A stretch of 64,000 nt of DNA from the NCBI GenBank assembly GCA_964057225.1, contig OZ059897.1, positions 11,470,001 through 11,534,000 of the forward strand. The letters run 5' to 3'. Shown here piece by piece: positions 37,890 through 50,178 of the stretch; within the stretch, counting starts at the first letter, position 1; each line of letters begins with the position of its first letter. The position numbers were made by a program, and so were the translations under genes. The notes under the pieces are model-generated. The model searched no databases, was not told the origin of the DNA, and worked only from the letters and a program-made list of their open reading frames with translations. The DNA comes from Auanema rhodensis (taxonomy: Eukaryota; Animalia; Nematoda).

Positions 37890-39193
37890 TATATATAAAA
37901 GCTAATTAATATGTTCACCGTACCTCTTATGGGTTAATCAATGGAACTCATATCGAAGGTTAATTCGATAAGATATATTTTATATATTTATTTTTTAATT
38001 TTATTTGTTTACATTGTTTATAGATTGTGTTTATTATAGTTTATAATTATTAATTTAACTTTTAAAAAGTTTGTTGTTTATCTAGGCGAACCATTTTGTT
38101 CACCGTACCTCTTATGGGTAAATCAATGGAACACATATCGAAAGTTAATTCGATAAGAACGATATGAACGATATGAAATACAAAAGTTAATGGAACACAT
38201 ATCGAAGGTTAATTCGATAAGAACGATATGAAATACAAAAGTTAATGGAACACATATCGAAGGTTAATTCGATAAGATCGTTAAAACAGGTGCCCTGACC
38301 CACACAAAAACCACATGGTAAACGTTTTGTTCATTAAAATATGATAAATAGCTGTACACCACATGTACCAAGTTGCCTAACATTTTCAAATTACATGAAA
38401 GAATAGTTTAAAGAAATTTTTTTTTTTAATTTTATATTAGTATATTCTAATATACTAACTCAATAAAACACATATCGAAGGTTAATTCGATAGGATTCAC
38501 AAACAATTGTGTTGTTTCCAATGGAACACATATCGAAGATTAATTCGATAAGATCGTTAAAACAGGTGCGCTGACCCACACATGTACCACATGGCAAAAG
38601 TTTTGTTCATAAAAATATGATAAATAGCTGTACAGCACAAGTACCCATAACGCTAAAGAATACTTACTATGCCAAGGGGTCATGGGTATATACTTTTTAG
38701 TATCAAAAATGTTAATGGAACACATATCGAATATCAATTCGATAAGATTGGTGAAACAGATACGTTGACCTACAATGAACCAAATGGCAAAGCACTTATT
38801 CATTAAAGTATAACAAATAGCTGTATAGCATATGCATCAAGATTTCTAATATTCTCAAATTACGTAAAAAGAAGAGTATATAGAAAAAGTTTTAGTGTGT
38901 ATATTACTAATATTCTAATACCCTAACTCAAAGAACACATATCGAAGATTAATTCGATAAGATTGTTGAAACCGGTACGCTGACCACAACAATACATGCG
39001 TATTTATTAACAACGGATTGGCAACTGCCACTGTTGACAGCTGCAATATGATACAATGTTGAGTGTTGGCAACATTGTTACGTGACAATAAAACAACTGA
39101 CTGTTCTTGCAATGAAGTGTAATATAAATGTGTAAAATGAAATATGGATAACTACCTCTCAGAGTTTGCATAATTTTATTCTAACAAGATACA

Positions 39194-42100
39194 ATGGCTG
39201 CTAACAGGTTGTGTTTTTTCCTATCTTTTTTTTTAATTAAAATATTTATTTTCAGTTATAAGCGTGTATGTGAAGAGTTGGGGTTCGATTATGAGGAAAT
39301 TTATCAACTCAGGTAATTTAACAATATTTTTAAAATATACATCTTTGTTTTTTTTTTAGTAAGCGCATAAAACTTACCGAGAGTGGTGGTGTTGAGCTGT
39401 GTGACCCCGCAATAACCACTTCCAATAGTGGTCCCTCGTCATCAAGGGTTATTGAAGTTATCACCTTGGATGACAGCGATAATGAGTAAGCTATCATATA
39501 ATGAAAAAGCATGAAATTTTTTTTTTCAGAGAATGGAATCCCGAGATGCCATCAACTAGTGGAGAACAATTAGGAGGCGGTTCATCCTTCAACGATGTTT
39601 GTCAAATAAAGGTACGAGCTTTTAACCTTTTTTTTTTTACATGTTACAATTCTTTTCACTCTATATCTTTTATTTGATTACATATCTTGAGCAATTTTGA
39701 ATTCTGCCATCTATTTTTAAACAAATCATCATACATTTGGTGGCTTTTTGAAAAATAAAATAAAATCTTATCCCAAATCCATGCAATAATATCATTTATT
39801 AAATTTTTATTCATTAAAATACACTTAAATTTAAATATTTTGATGCTCAAAAACTGACACATTTAAATATTTTGTATTTTTTAAATCATTTCACTCCATC
39901 TCTTTTATTTAATTTCATATTTTAAACAATTTTAAATTTTTACCACTACTTTATAATTTTTATTTATTAAACTTTTTAATCATTAAATTACACTTAAATT
40001 TAAATATTTTGATGCGCAAAAACAGAAACATTTAAATATTTTGTTTTTTCTAAACCATTTCACTCCATCTATTTTAAACAATTTTATATTTCTACCACTA
40101 TTTCATAATTTCATTTTTTAAATTTTTAATCATTAAAAAAAAAAACATTTAAATTTCAATATTGTGATGCTCAAAAACTGAAACATGAAATTGATTTATG
40201 TTTTCTAAGCCATTTCACTTCATCTCTTTTATTTAATCACATATCTTGAACAAATTTAAATTTCTATCACTTTTTCATAATTTCGTTTATTAAATTTTTA
40301 ATCACTAAAAAACATTTAAATTTCAATATTGTGATGCTCAAAAACTGAAACATGAAATTGATTTATGTTTTCTAAGCCATTTCACTTCATCTCTTTTATT
40401 TAATCACATATCTTGAACAAATTTAAATTTCTATCACTTTTTCATAATTTCGTTTATTAAATTTTTAATCACTAAAAAACATTTAAATTTCAATATTGTG
40501 ATGCTCAAAAACAGAAACATTTAAATATTTTGTATTTTCTAAACCATTTCACTTCATCTCTTTTATTTATATATATTTTAAACAATTTTATAATTCTACT
40601 ATTATTTAATTTTTATTTATTAAATTTTTAAACATTAAAAAAAAATGATGCTCAAAAACTGAAACATTTAAATATTTTGTATTTTTCTAATCGTTTTGAA
40701 ACAAACTAAACATATATTTGAAAACATTTCAATTAAATAAAAAAAAAATAACGACTATAACAAACAAAGAGACATAATAATTTTAAGCAAAAGATGAAAC
40801 AATTCATATATATTCTTAAAACTATTTTTATTTAAACTTTTAAAAATAAAAATAAAAAAAGCATGTAAACTGTTATAAATGTTGTTTATTATAGTGGTCA
40901 CACCGGCGCATAAAACGCACCGGTCGTTTTACCAACGTGGTCGTTCGATCGCTCACGTTCCCACACTTGGAAAATGTTGATGAACCAATGCATGTTATCA
41001 TGCCGCGGTTATTCAACGAATTCCTTGATCGTTGTCTTGCTGAAAGCGGTGTGCCTGATAAGCAAAAAGCCTTATTTTGTTTATCAATTGAGCACCCTTC
41101 CTTTGAAAAGGGCTCCATATTTATGGACTTTCGTAGAAGAGAGCATCTCGATGGCGTAGCCATTATGAATGCCATCAGCAAGGTGCAGCAATCAAAACGA
41201 GAGGCTGTAATCAGCCAGGCAATGAATATTGAGATGTATGTGTTTGATGAAAGGCCAGCGCAGCCAAGCCTGATGCCTGGTGAAGGTAGAGTCGGGTTTT
41301 ATTTTGACCCCGAACTCAAAATACCTGGAACCATTGCCAACACTGACTCACATTGTCTGGCTAGATCAGCAGTTGTGGGAATGTGGAAAGCTGACGAGTT
41401 GGCTACTGAAGATGGCGATGAGAAGCGAAGGCTGCAAAACCTTCGTCGCAATTACATCTTATTGCCAAATCAGCCACACCATATCAATTTATTAAATAGG
41501 TGTGGTATTTCTGTAGATTTACCAAATTATAATTTAATTCATTTAAACATTATTGCCAGCTGTAATACAAACTATAAGTTTGTAGTATATGCTAGACCGC
41601 CTGGACAGCGTATGTACACTATTCAGAAAATATTTAATGAAGCGGCTAGCAAATTGGTAACACTAGGTTACCGAAATAATCACTATGATTGTATTACAGC
41701 TGGTAGTCGTTCAAAAATTTTTGATGGTATTATATGTCAACACTGTAAGTTATCTTACAATACAGTGTTGCATAGATGTAAAGCCAAATGTAAAAAATGC
41801 CACACCTATAATTGTAATGCGATGGGGAATGTGGTTGAGAGTAGCGTGAGGTGTGATAGTTATAGAGTTTTGTTTAAAACTCAACAATGCTTCGATAGGC
41901 ATTTGCGAAAAGCCTGCCGAAAATTCAAGGTATTTTGAGAAAATTTAAAGTTGTACATAACAAGCTTAAATTCAGACATGTGTGGCGTGTGATCACTATC
42001 ACATGGTCCGTGCTGATAGACCGCACAATTGCAATGAAAAATTCTGCAAAAAGTGCGGTCAGACAAAGCCTGAAGAGCACTCTTGTTGTTGGGTTCCACC

Positions 42101-45100
42101 TAACGACAAGAAGAAGGCTCAGCTAAAAAAGAAGCAAGAAAAGTTCAAGGTTTGTATTTAACATCTTTACAAGTGTAATGCTTACTTGTTTAAGATTATA
42201 TTTTATGACTTTGAAACAGTTGTGTTAAAAAACGGCACAAATGTTCATGAATATGCAGATGAACAATGGCCCAATATGGTTGTGTATAACAAATTTTGTG
42301 AAAGTTGTATAGATGCCAATTCCTGTGAGAAATGCACAACCAAGGAGGGCCATTTTGGGTACCAACAAGGTGATAGTGAATGGTCTGTAACAGATCGTTT
42401 CCTTGATTGGTTACTCAACTTTTCTGAGAATGATAATGCAATTTTGATTGCGCACAACGGGTCGCGCTTTGACATACATTTCTTGGTGTCTAGGCTGATA
42501 AACCGTGGAATATATCCTGACCCCATTTTAAATGGGACCAAGATTATTAGCATGGTTGTCAAGCCTTTAAGAGGTCAAAACTTTAACCATTTATGTTTTA
42601 AAGATAGTTATTTACTAGTGCCTTTACCCTTATCAGCGTTACCCAAGGCATTTGGTGTACCTGATATGAGTAAAGGACAATTCCCATACCTCTTTAACCA
42701 CCCAATAAATTATGGCAAAGTGCTACCATCCTTGCCACCAAAGCATTACTATTGTACTGCTAGAATGAAAGCAGAAGACCTAGCTTCATTCAATATTTGG
42801 TATGAGGAGCGTAATCAAAGTGTGTTTGATTTTGATGAGGAGCTTCTGGAATATTGTAGGACAGATGTCCGTATTTTAACCAACTGTATGAAAGTGTACA
42901 TGAAGTTGGCAACCGCCACCACTGGCTGGAATCCTGTCATACAATGTATGACATTTGCCAGTTTCTCTTTATTCCAGGCAAGTTTTTTAAAATACAAGCA
43001 TTTTCAAAACTAGTATATTACAGTTGGAAATGAACCACATTAAAGAGAACCAAGTGGGTATTCTGCCTGAGACTGGTTATTATGCCGGCCAGAAGCAGAG
43101 TATAATTGCCATAAAATACATAAATTGGCTAGAACACGGATTAGGCCGCCCATTAATGCATAAGCTTAATGGTGGTGAATTTGTTGTGCGAGTAGATGGC
43201 CAACGCTATCTACTTGATGCTTATGACAGTGTGGCTAATCACGGCTATGAGGTGAGTAATTTGTAATAAATGTAAAAAATGATAAAATTTTGTAGTTTAA
43301 TGGCTGTATTTATCATGGTTGCCCCCAGTGCACCAACAAGACTGCTATTGCACCAGGCAGAAATGGTGAAACAATGGAAGAGTTAATTGTGACTTTTTTA
43401 ATCATTTTAAGCTGAAACATTTAGGTTTATGAAAAAACCATGAAAAAGCTTGAGGCTATTCAAAGCCAGGGCATTAGTGTAACCACTTTGTGGGAACACG
43501 AAATTACTGCTCAAATGTCATCAAATGAGCAAATGGCAAATTTTATGAAGGACACTGAGGTTGTAACTCGATTGGCACCTCGAGATGCCTTCACCGGCGG
43601 CCGAACTCAAACATATAAGCTTCTGGCCCAAGCTTCGGATAGATACTCACTAGAGTATGTGGACTTTTGTTCACTTTATCCATATGTAACGGCATTTGAT
43701 GCCTATTACCCTGTGGGTAATCCTAAAGTGATTACTGAGGGCTTTGAGAGTTTTGAGGCATGCTGCCCATACAAGGGCCTTGTGAAATGTGACGTGCTTG
43801 CACCCACAAATTTGTTGTATCCTGTATTAGGAACACGCATAGGCGGTAAATTAATTTTTACAAACTGCCGCACATGTGCAAACAGAGGCAAAAATGTAAC
43901 ATGCCCGCACCAAGATGATGAAGACGCTCGAAAGCTGCATCTGACTGTAACGCATGTAGAGCTCGAATGTGCCATACAGCGTGGCTACAAAGTGCTTCAT
44001 AGTTATGAGGTTTGGCACTGGGATGAATGGCAGCAAGGAGGCCTATTCAAGGATTTTGTACAAAAGTACATAAAAATTAAGCAAGAGGCATCGGGCTGGC
44101 CTAAGCCAAATATGACAGAGGCTGAAAAGGTATGTGTCATGAAAAGTATGGCATTAAATAGAATTTTACAGCTAAAATATCTCCAAGACCACGAGGAGAA
44201 CACTGGTGTTGCTCTGGAGAGCAACAAAATTGAAAAGAATGCGGCCATGCGTAGCATTGCCAAACTACAGCTGAATAGGTATGTAAACTTTTAAAAATAA
44301 AAATTTACAAATTTGCTTATAGTGTATGGGGTAAAATGGGTCAAAGACCGGATAAAGCCCAAACCAAGATTATTGGTGTTGAGGATCCTGAAATTGGTAG
44401 GATCATAACTGATCCTGCAAGGGAACTCACGGGCTTCAAAATTGTGGACGATGTGGCGTACTGTACAACAGTGCCAGAAGACTCACACTTGGCACCAGCG
44501 CCGTTTACAAATGTAGCCATAGCGGCTTATACAACCGCTCATGCAAGGCTACTATTGTATAAGGCAATGGAAAAAATTGGAAAGAACTTGGTGTATACAG
44601 GTAATTTTATACTTTGTATACAATTTAAATGTACATCATTTAGACGCCGATTCTCTAATTTATTTAAAATGCCTGATCCAATTGAGGATATGAAGGGTGA
44701 ATGGTTAGGTAAACTAACCTCAGAAATACCCGATGGATGGTCAATGACCAAATTTGTTTCACCAGCTGCAAAAGTTTATAGTTATGAGCTAGTAAATGCA
44801 GCTGGCCAGGTCAAGTATATCACCAAGGCAAAGGGAGTGGTAAGTATAAAAATATATTATTGAGAAACTTTTTAAAATTACAGACGCTGTACCACACGGC
44901 AGCCACCGTGGTAAACTATCAAAGTATGGAACGATTGGTTCGAGGACTCGTGATGGATGGAGAAAAATTGGTTTTAAAAACCAAAACAACGTTATTAAAG
45001 AGGCAGCTTGGTGCCATATCCACGATGGACATGACAAAGAGTACCAAGGTCGTAATGGATAAACTTTGTTATCTAGACGATTTTAGTACTTTACCCTATG

Positions 45101-45114
45101 GTTATTGTGAATAA
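39194..45114 (+). pseudogene. Spliced pPolB of Maverick B
   Basis: Same intron positions as A (e.g. 39612-40894, 41930-41975, 42150-42194, GC-AG 42978-43023); intron-9 donor GT>TT near 43383; motif C reads DADS, followed by a 10-nt deletion. Confidence 0.9.
39820..40700 (+). repeat. AT-rich ~168-bp tandem repeat in pPolB intron 4 of copy B
   Basis: Recurrent GATGCTCAAAAACTGAAACAT; units starting ~40143 and ~40311 are essentially identical. Confidence 0.8.
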
Positions 45115-45252
45115 TTTTTAATATATTTGAATTTATAAATTTTATTATTGCGTGTATATTTGTATATGGTTGTATTTATAGATTTTCATGTATAGTTGTA
45201 TTAATAAATTTTATTCTTCTCATCAAATGTTTTAAAGAGTTTATTACATACA

Positions 45253-46585
45253 TTACAAACTGGTATCAATATATGGAGCACGATTGTTGTCAATTGAAAG
45301 AATAGAGTCATATTCTGCATAAACAATAGCATATAAACCCTCTTGCGGTTTGTTGACCAAATTCCAATTTCAGGGCCACATTACCTTGTCGTATAACATC
45401 AAATAACTCGGACGAGTGTACAGTCGGTGAAATATCAAATACAAAAAATGTGAACCCAGCTTTATACATTGCTGGTGTAATACCATTGGATGAATCTGTA
45501 CGACCAAGGCCCAAACCTTCCAACATGTCAATATATGCTGTGGCATAGGAAGAACGCCATTCTAAATTATAAGGGCGGGTAGGTATTACCCGATTGTTGA
45601 GCGTCAAGTATATATTTTTCAATTCAAACGGTTTAAAGTTGAATGGCGAATGTTTAAAAGTACCATTATAAGCGTGTGCGCCGACAAGACCTACTACAAC
45701 ACGTTTCGGTGTATGCGACGTGAATAATATGTTATTGGGTGAATCCAAACGACCTCCTTCTATGAAATAAGATCGCATTTTCACTGACGTCATGGGGTAG
45801 TGTATTCGTTCCTTTACAAGTTTATCTTCTATAGCCATAGCTAATCCAGCGTTTAGATCAAACTCTTGAATAAGCAAGTGCACATCGTTGATATCTATTT
45901 TCAGGTTTGGAAACTCCTCCTTCATTGCAGCATCTTTGCTTTCATTATTCCATCCAAGTGTGTCAATTAAGAAATTATCACGGTTTGGATATGCAGTTAG
46001 CTCCATTTTTGAATAGTTTACAAACAGTCGTTCTTGATTGAATAAGTCGATACTGATGGGAGCAGCCATCTCACACAATATGCCATTTTTAACAAGCCCT
46101 TGTCGCGCTCTAAATCCAGGACTGGCTGCATTATCTATATATCTATCCGCATAATAGCCTGATATGGCAAGTTTGCTCTCTTTAACATCGTTGCTATACA
46201 TTAGAATATTCTCAATATATGTTTTGTAGGCATGATTCACGGTAGAGTCATACACGCTAACATCACCAATTTTTAAATGATACGAGTGTATCAAACTGGC
46301 TGCAAATTGTTGGCATGGTGCAAAAACAAGGTTGTCTGGTACTGGATCGCCGTTTGTGGTTACAATTTTGAATTTTACATTCAACCAACACCTTCTCAGA
46401 TTAAGAAATGATTTGGAATTTTGGGCTATAACAAATTCCCATGGTCCTTGAGGAAGAAAAGTATTTTTTAAAGGAACTTGTACAGTACGAGTGCATTCAA
46501 CACCTAATGCCGACGCCGGTATGTCACTATAATTAATATTAGGTAAAAGTGCTTGTGCTGATTTTGAAACTATCAATTTAGCCAT
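45253..46585 (-). CDS. Major capsid protein (PY-like), copy B; 2-nt deletion near the C-terminus
   Basis: 425-aa ORF (GPWEF, PKRVVVGLV, SPFNFKPF, FFVFDIS); true C-terminus visible in 36147-36974. Confidence 0.88.
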
Positions 46586-47050
46586 TTAAATACGATACGA
46601 CCGCTCACGAGTTATGCACAGACGCTTATGAGGTTTTGTGGTTTTGCGTCGTCGCCGCTTGCCCAAACCGGTAAGATCTCGTATAGCCTGCCGGCCGGCT
46701 GTTTTAAGAGTTTGCTTGATATTATCACCCTTGAGCACCCCATCAACAATTTCATTGCTAGTTTTTAGCAACTGGCCGCCAAGAGGTGAATTTACAACTG
46801 GACTATTGCTTACAGCACTGGATAATGCATTCCTTCCAGCATTGATGAGATTTTGGGCTATAGGTGATTGAATAATGCGTGGTAAAAACGATGCCAAAGT
46901 TGCCAGTATACCACCCAGGCCATGACCTCTCTGCATTCCACGTTGAAACATCATTCCACTAAATGGCGCCCCACCCATTTGTTGATTCAAAAGTGTTGTC
47001 CATTGAATTGAGTTCAAGTCTAGAAGGAGGTGTGGCATATTGAACCGCAC
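46586..47050 (-). CDS. Basic core-like protein (PZ-like)
   Basis: QMGG, QRGHGLGG, amphipathic middle, Arg/Lys tail; stop abuts the MCP ATG (TAAATG). Confidence 0.7.
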   Translation of the reverse strand: MRFNMPHLLLDLNSIQWTTLLNQQMGGAPFSGMMFQRGMQRGHGLGGILATLASFLPRIIQSPIAQNLINAGRNALSSAVSNSPVVNSPLGGQLLKTSNEIVDGVLKGDNIKQTLKTAGRQAIRDLTGLGKRRRRKTTKPHKRLCITRERSYRI

Positions 47051-47088
47051 GCGCGCAATACAAAAGTTACACTAGATCATTTTACTAA

Positions 47089-47544
47089 ATGTATTCGTCT
47101 GAAATAGCGTCACTATTGCGATCTGTCCGCATCACTCGAAAACTATTCCTAGGTGTATTTAGCGCCGATACTCTACCCAAAACACGTCGAAAGAACTTTG
47201 CACTTGTTGTAAATACTGACACACACGATAAACCGGCCACACATTGGCAAGTCATCTTTGTACGTAATGATCAAGCCTACTTTTTCTGTAGCTTGGGTTA
47301 TAAAATGAACAAGTACATTCGTCATTATCTGGCCAAATATAAAAATGTAAAAGTTAATACTTGCAAACCACAACGCATAATTGAATACACTTGTGGTGGT
47401 TATGCAATATTTGTAATACTAATGTTGTCAGCTGGTAATACATTTGAAAGCATTTGTTCATTTTTTAAACTATTACAAAACGATGATGTCTTTATTAAAG
47501 CGTTTATGCATAAAGTATTCGACTATAAATTATCTAGCATATGA
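47089..47544 (+). CDS. Adenain-like cysteine protease, copy B
   Basis: THW...FFCSLG...PQ...TCGGY. Confidence 0.85.
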   Translation: MYSSEIASLLRSVRITRKLFLGVFSADTLPKTRRKNFALVVNTDTHDKPATHWQVIFVRNDQAYFFCSLGYKMNKYIRHYLAKYKNVKVNTCKPQRIIEYTCGGYAIFVILMLSAGNTFESICSFFKLLQNDDVFIKAFMHKVFDYKLSSI

Positions 47545-47590
47545 TCAACTTCGCCATTAAAACGTCACCTGCTACATTAGGTGGTCAGTT

Positions 47591-47761
47591 ATGAATATTC
47601 CCTGTCACTGTGAATTATGTATAAGATACACGTTGGAACAATCTGTGCCAACACCCCTGTACAAAAAGATTTTGAAACGTATTTCAGTGCCATTCATTAA
47701 AGGAATATCTCTGGGACTAGGCTTTTGTACAACACTAGTCATTATTCCACTCATTATATAA
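47591..47761 (+). CDS. 56-aa CxCxxC tail-anchored protein, copy B
   Basis: Homolog of 9899-10069. Confidence 0.65.
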   Translation: MNIPCHCELCIRYTLEQSVPTPLYKKILKRISVPFIKGISLGLGFCTTLVIIPLII

Positions 47762-47802
47762 AAGTGAGTTGACTGTGTGTGGTTGTTTTTTATTTTCCTC
47801 TA

Positions 47803-48267
47803 ATGGAACTTTTATGTAACAAGTATTGTGTTACGTGCAAGGAAATATTTTCATCAGCCAAGCATTTTAGTGATCACGTATTGAAAAGACATGACGGGAT
47901 TCAACCCGTATGTAACAGTTATATCAGCAATGCTGACTTTATTCAAAAATATGGACATTTGGATGGTGTTCGTAGACGTTTGTGCCCTTATTGTAGTGAA
48001 ACTTTTGGAACAAGATTCAATTGTCAGCGTCATATTCGGCGTCTTCATAATAGTAATGGAACGAATGGTAAAGATGGTGATGGAAATGATACCAGCGAAC
48101 CCTCTGAAAAAACTGAGGAGTTTGTACAGTCAACCGAACCAAAACGATGCCGCTGCAATAGTAACCGAGAATATTCACAACACGAGCCGCGCATCGAACA
48201 AAACGGCGCTGAACTACCTTTTAAACCTTCGAAAATCGTAATGTGGTCTTGTATAACTGTTGAATAA
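47803..48267 (+). CDS. Two-finger C2H2 protein overlapped by a 116-aa hydrophobic ORF (47891-48241)
   Basis: CVTC..HVLKRH and CPYC..HIRRLH in one frame. Confidence 0.65.
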   Translation: MELLCNKYCVTCKEIFSSAKHFSDHVLKRHDGIQPVCNSYISNADFIQKYGHLDGVRRRLCPYCSETFGTRFNCQRHIRRLHNSNGTNGKDGDGNDTSEPSEKTEEFVQSTEPKRCRCNSNREYSQHEPRIEQNGAELPFKPSKIVMWSCITVE

Positions 48268-48272
48268 AACAT

Positions 48273-49130
48273 TTATTTCACATTTTTAACATGTAATGTA
48301 ACAACTGTAGAACCATAATTAAATTGCATAGGGCGGCCAAATTCATCTAAAATTTCAATACGTATAGTATCGAGTGTTTGCTTAGTGATTGGTACATAAC
48401 GAATAGGATTAAATGTTTTGGCAATCATTTTACCAAATTCAGTAGGAGGTGGTACAGGTAAACATGCAAGTAAATTAGCTTTCACATTACCAAGAATGGA
48501 ATATTCTACAATATCACAATATATATACATTGTATTAATGTTATTTGAAAAATCAATGGGGCGCCTGGCTATTAACGTGTCGTTGATAATTTTATTCTCA
48601 AAGCCAAGAAAATATGCGAGATCATCACCGAGTGTTGCATTCAATAATAGCCGCTTACTTGTTACAAACTCTATGCGTTGTAGTGTTTTGTTAAACCGAA
48701 ACGTGGCGTCTGCCAGCATTTCCTTGACAAGTTTAGCCTCAGCTTGTCGATTATTATACCACTTTTTCACATCTTCATCTTTATCTATTAAACCCTTTAT
48801 ACGTGCTTCTTCCTCAGCTCCAAGAGGTTTAGTGCTGCTAGCAATAAATTGTTCTTTTCCAGCATTGATTCCGCGTATTATTTCATCACCATTTGCATAG
48901 TTACCCTTGGGTAAGTGCAGAATAAACTTTCTGTTGGAAAAACGTAGTGTATAAGAAAGATTTTCTTGTACATTTAATATCGAACACGGAAAAATTATGT
49001 CTGTCAGCCCAATGCAATATCTGTTATTGCGTAGCCTTAATGTTTCAGGTAACCTGGTAAGAAACACTGATGAGGTATTACTTTTTTCAGAGTCAACTGA
49101 TGACGGCAAAGTAATGTAAAAGTCATCCAT
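48273..49130 (-). CDS. Minor capsid/penton (PX-like), intact
   Basis: FYITLPS, YIYCDIVE, YVP, IRIEILDEFG, VTLH motifs typical of Polinton pentons. Confidence 0.85.
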   Translation of the reverse strand: MDDFYITLPSSVDSEKSNTSSVFLTRLPETLRLRNNRYCIGLTDIIFPCSILNVQENLSYTLRFSNRKFILHLPKGNYANGDEIIRGINAGKEQFIASSTKPLGAEEEARIKGLIDKDEDVKKWYNNRQAEAKLVKEMLADATFRFNKTLQRIEFVTSKRLLLNATLGDDLAYFLGFENKIINDTLIARRPIDFSNNINTMYIYCDIVEYSILGNVKANLLACLPVPPPTEFGKMIAKTFNPIRYVPITKQTLDTIRIEILDEFGRPMQFNYGSTVVTLHVKNVK

Positions 49131-49209
49131 CAGAGACCACCACCTGATGCGTGTACACTAGTATAAATGAAATCATTTGCATTATAGGTACATTTACGAG
49201 TGGTTGATT

Positions 49210-49857
49210 ATGGTTTTCAGCTTCAAACTACCCAGTCAGACAACTGTAATAGGGGCAACGCAATGTGGTAAAACTACCCTTATAAAACGTATATGTGAAA
49301 ATACTGAAAAGTTTTTCAACGTCCCCATTGATAGAATATTCTGGTTCAGTCAATGTGGAGCATCGTCAGGTGTTCCATTAAATGATGAGCGTTTAATAGT
49401 TATTCAAGAACCACCTGATCCGGATATAATAAAAGAGCAAAAGGGAGTAAACACCATTCTAGTGCTGGATGATTTGATGAATTTTTTCTCATCGAATAAA
49501 GCGGCCAAAGAATTACTCAACAACATTTTTACAGTGTGGGCACATCACTGGAATTTGGCAGTGTTTAATCTTGTGCAAGCTGCATTTCAGCTCGACAGGA
49601 CCAGTCGAATTAATAGTACATATATAATACTGATGAAAATTCATTCGGATATATTACAAATACGTAATTGTCTGCAACAATTATTTGGCCCCCGCTTTAA
49701 AAATGCTCTAGAAGCATATGATGATGCAATGTCTACACCCTATAGTCATTTACTGATTGACAACCATCCTTTAACAAATGAGAAACAGCGTATACTATCA
49801 GATATAACAGCGGAGCACCCTATTGTTTATGTAGCCAGAAATATATTCAGTGTTTAA
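49210..49857 (+). CDS. Genome-packaging ATPase, copy B
   Basis: GATQCGKT, LVLDDLM. Confidence 0.9.
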   Translation: MVFSFKLPSQTTVIGATQCGKTTLIKRICENTEKFFNVPIDRIFWFSQCGASSGVPLNDERLIVIQEPPDPDIIKEQKGVNTILVLDDLMNFFSSNKAAKELLNNIFTVWAHHWNLAVFNLVQAAFQLDRTSRINSTYIILMKIHSDILQIRNCLQQLFGPRFKNALEAYDDAMSTPYSHLLIDNHPLTNEKQRILSDITAEHPIVYVARNIFSV

Positions 49858-49869
49858 TGTGCATGTTCA

Positions 49870-50178
49870 ATGAGTGGTCGTATTTTGTCAAATTACAACT
49901 TTTTATCTTCTTGTGCCAAAACCCCTTGTTCTGTTTCCTCATTTTCTTTTTCACAAATTGAAATTATTGTTGAAATTGTATTTAATATTGTGAAAAATAA
50001 TAATTTTCTCTTAACTAACAAGGAATATAAAACCCTTTTGCCCATATCCTCATTATTACGTCAAATAGCTTTGATACGCACACCCGAAAAGGCTAAAACT
50101 TTATTGGCAACGATTTCACACAAACAATTGAAAACAATAGTTTCATGTGGAATTGCTTATTTTGGTTTTAAAAGATGA
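49870..50178 (+). CDS. PW-like conserved small Maverick protein
   Basis: IVEIVFNIVK motif; follows the ATPase; ATGA overlap with the next gene. Confidence 0.6.
   Translation: MSGRILSNYNFLSSCAKTPCSVSSFSFSQIEIIVEIVFNIVKNNNFLLTNKEYKTLLPISSLLRQIALIRTPEKAKTLLATISHKQLKTIVSCGIAYFGFKR

Noticed and set aside
38100-39000. CRISPR-like array of palindromic repeats
   Set aside because: Repeats are tandem or irregularly spaced without unique equal-length spacers, lie within TIRs of a eukaryotic element, and no cas genes are present.
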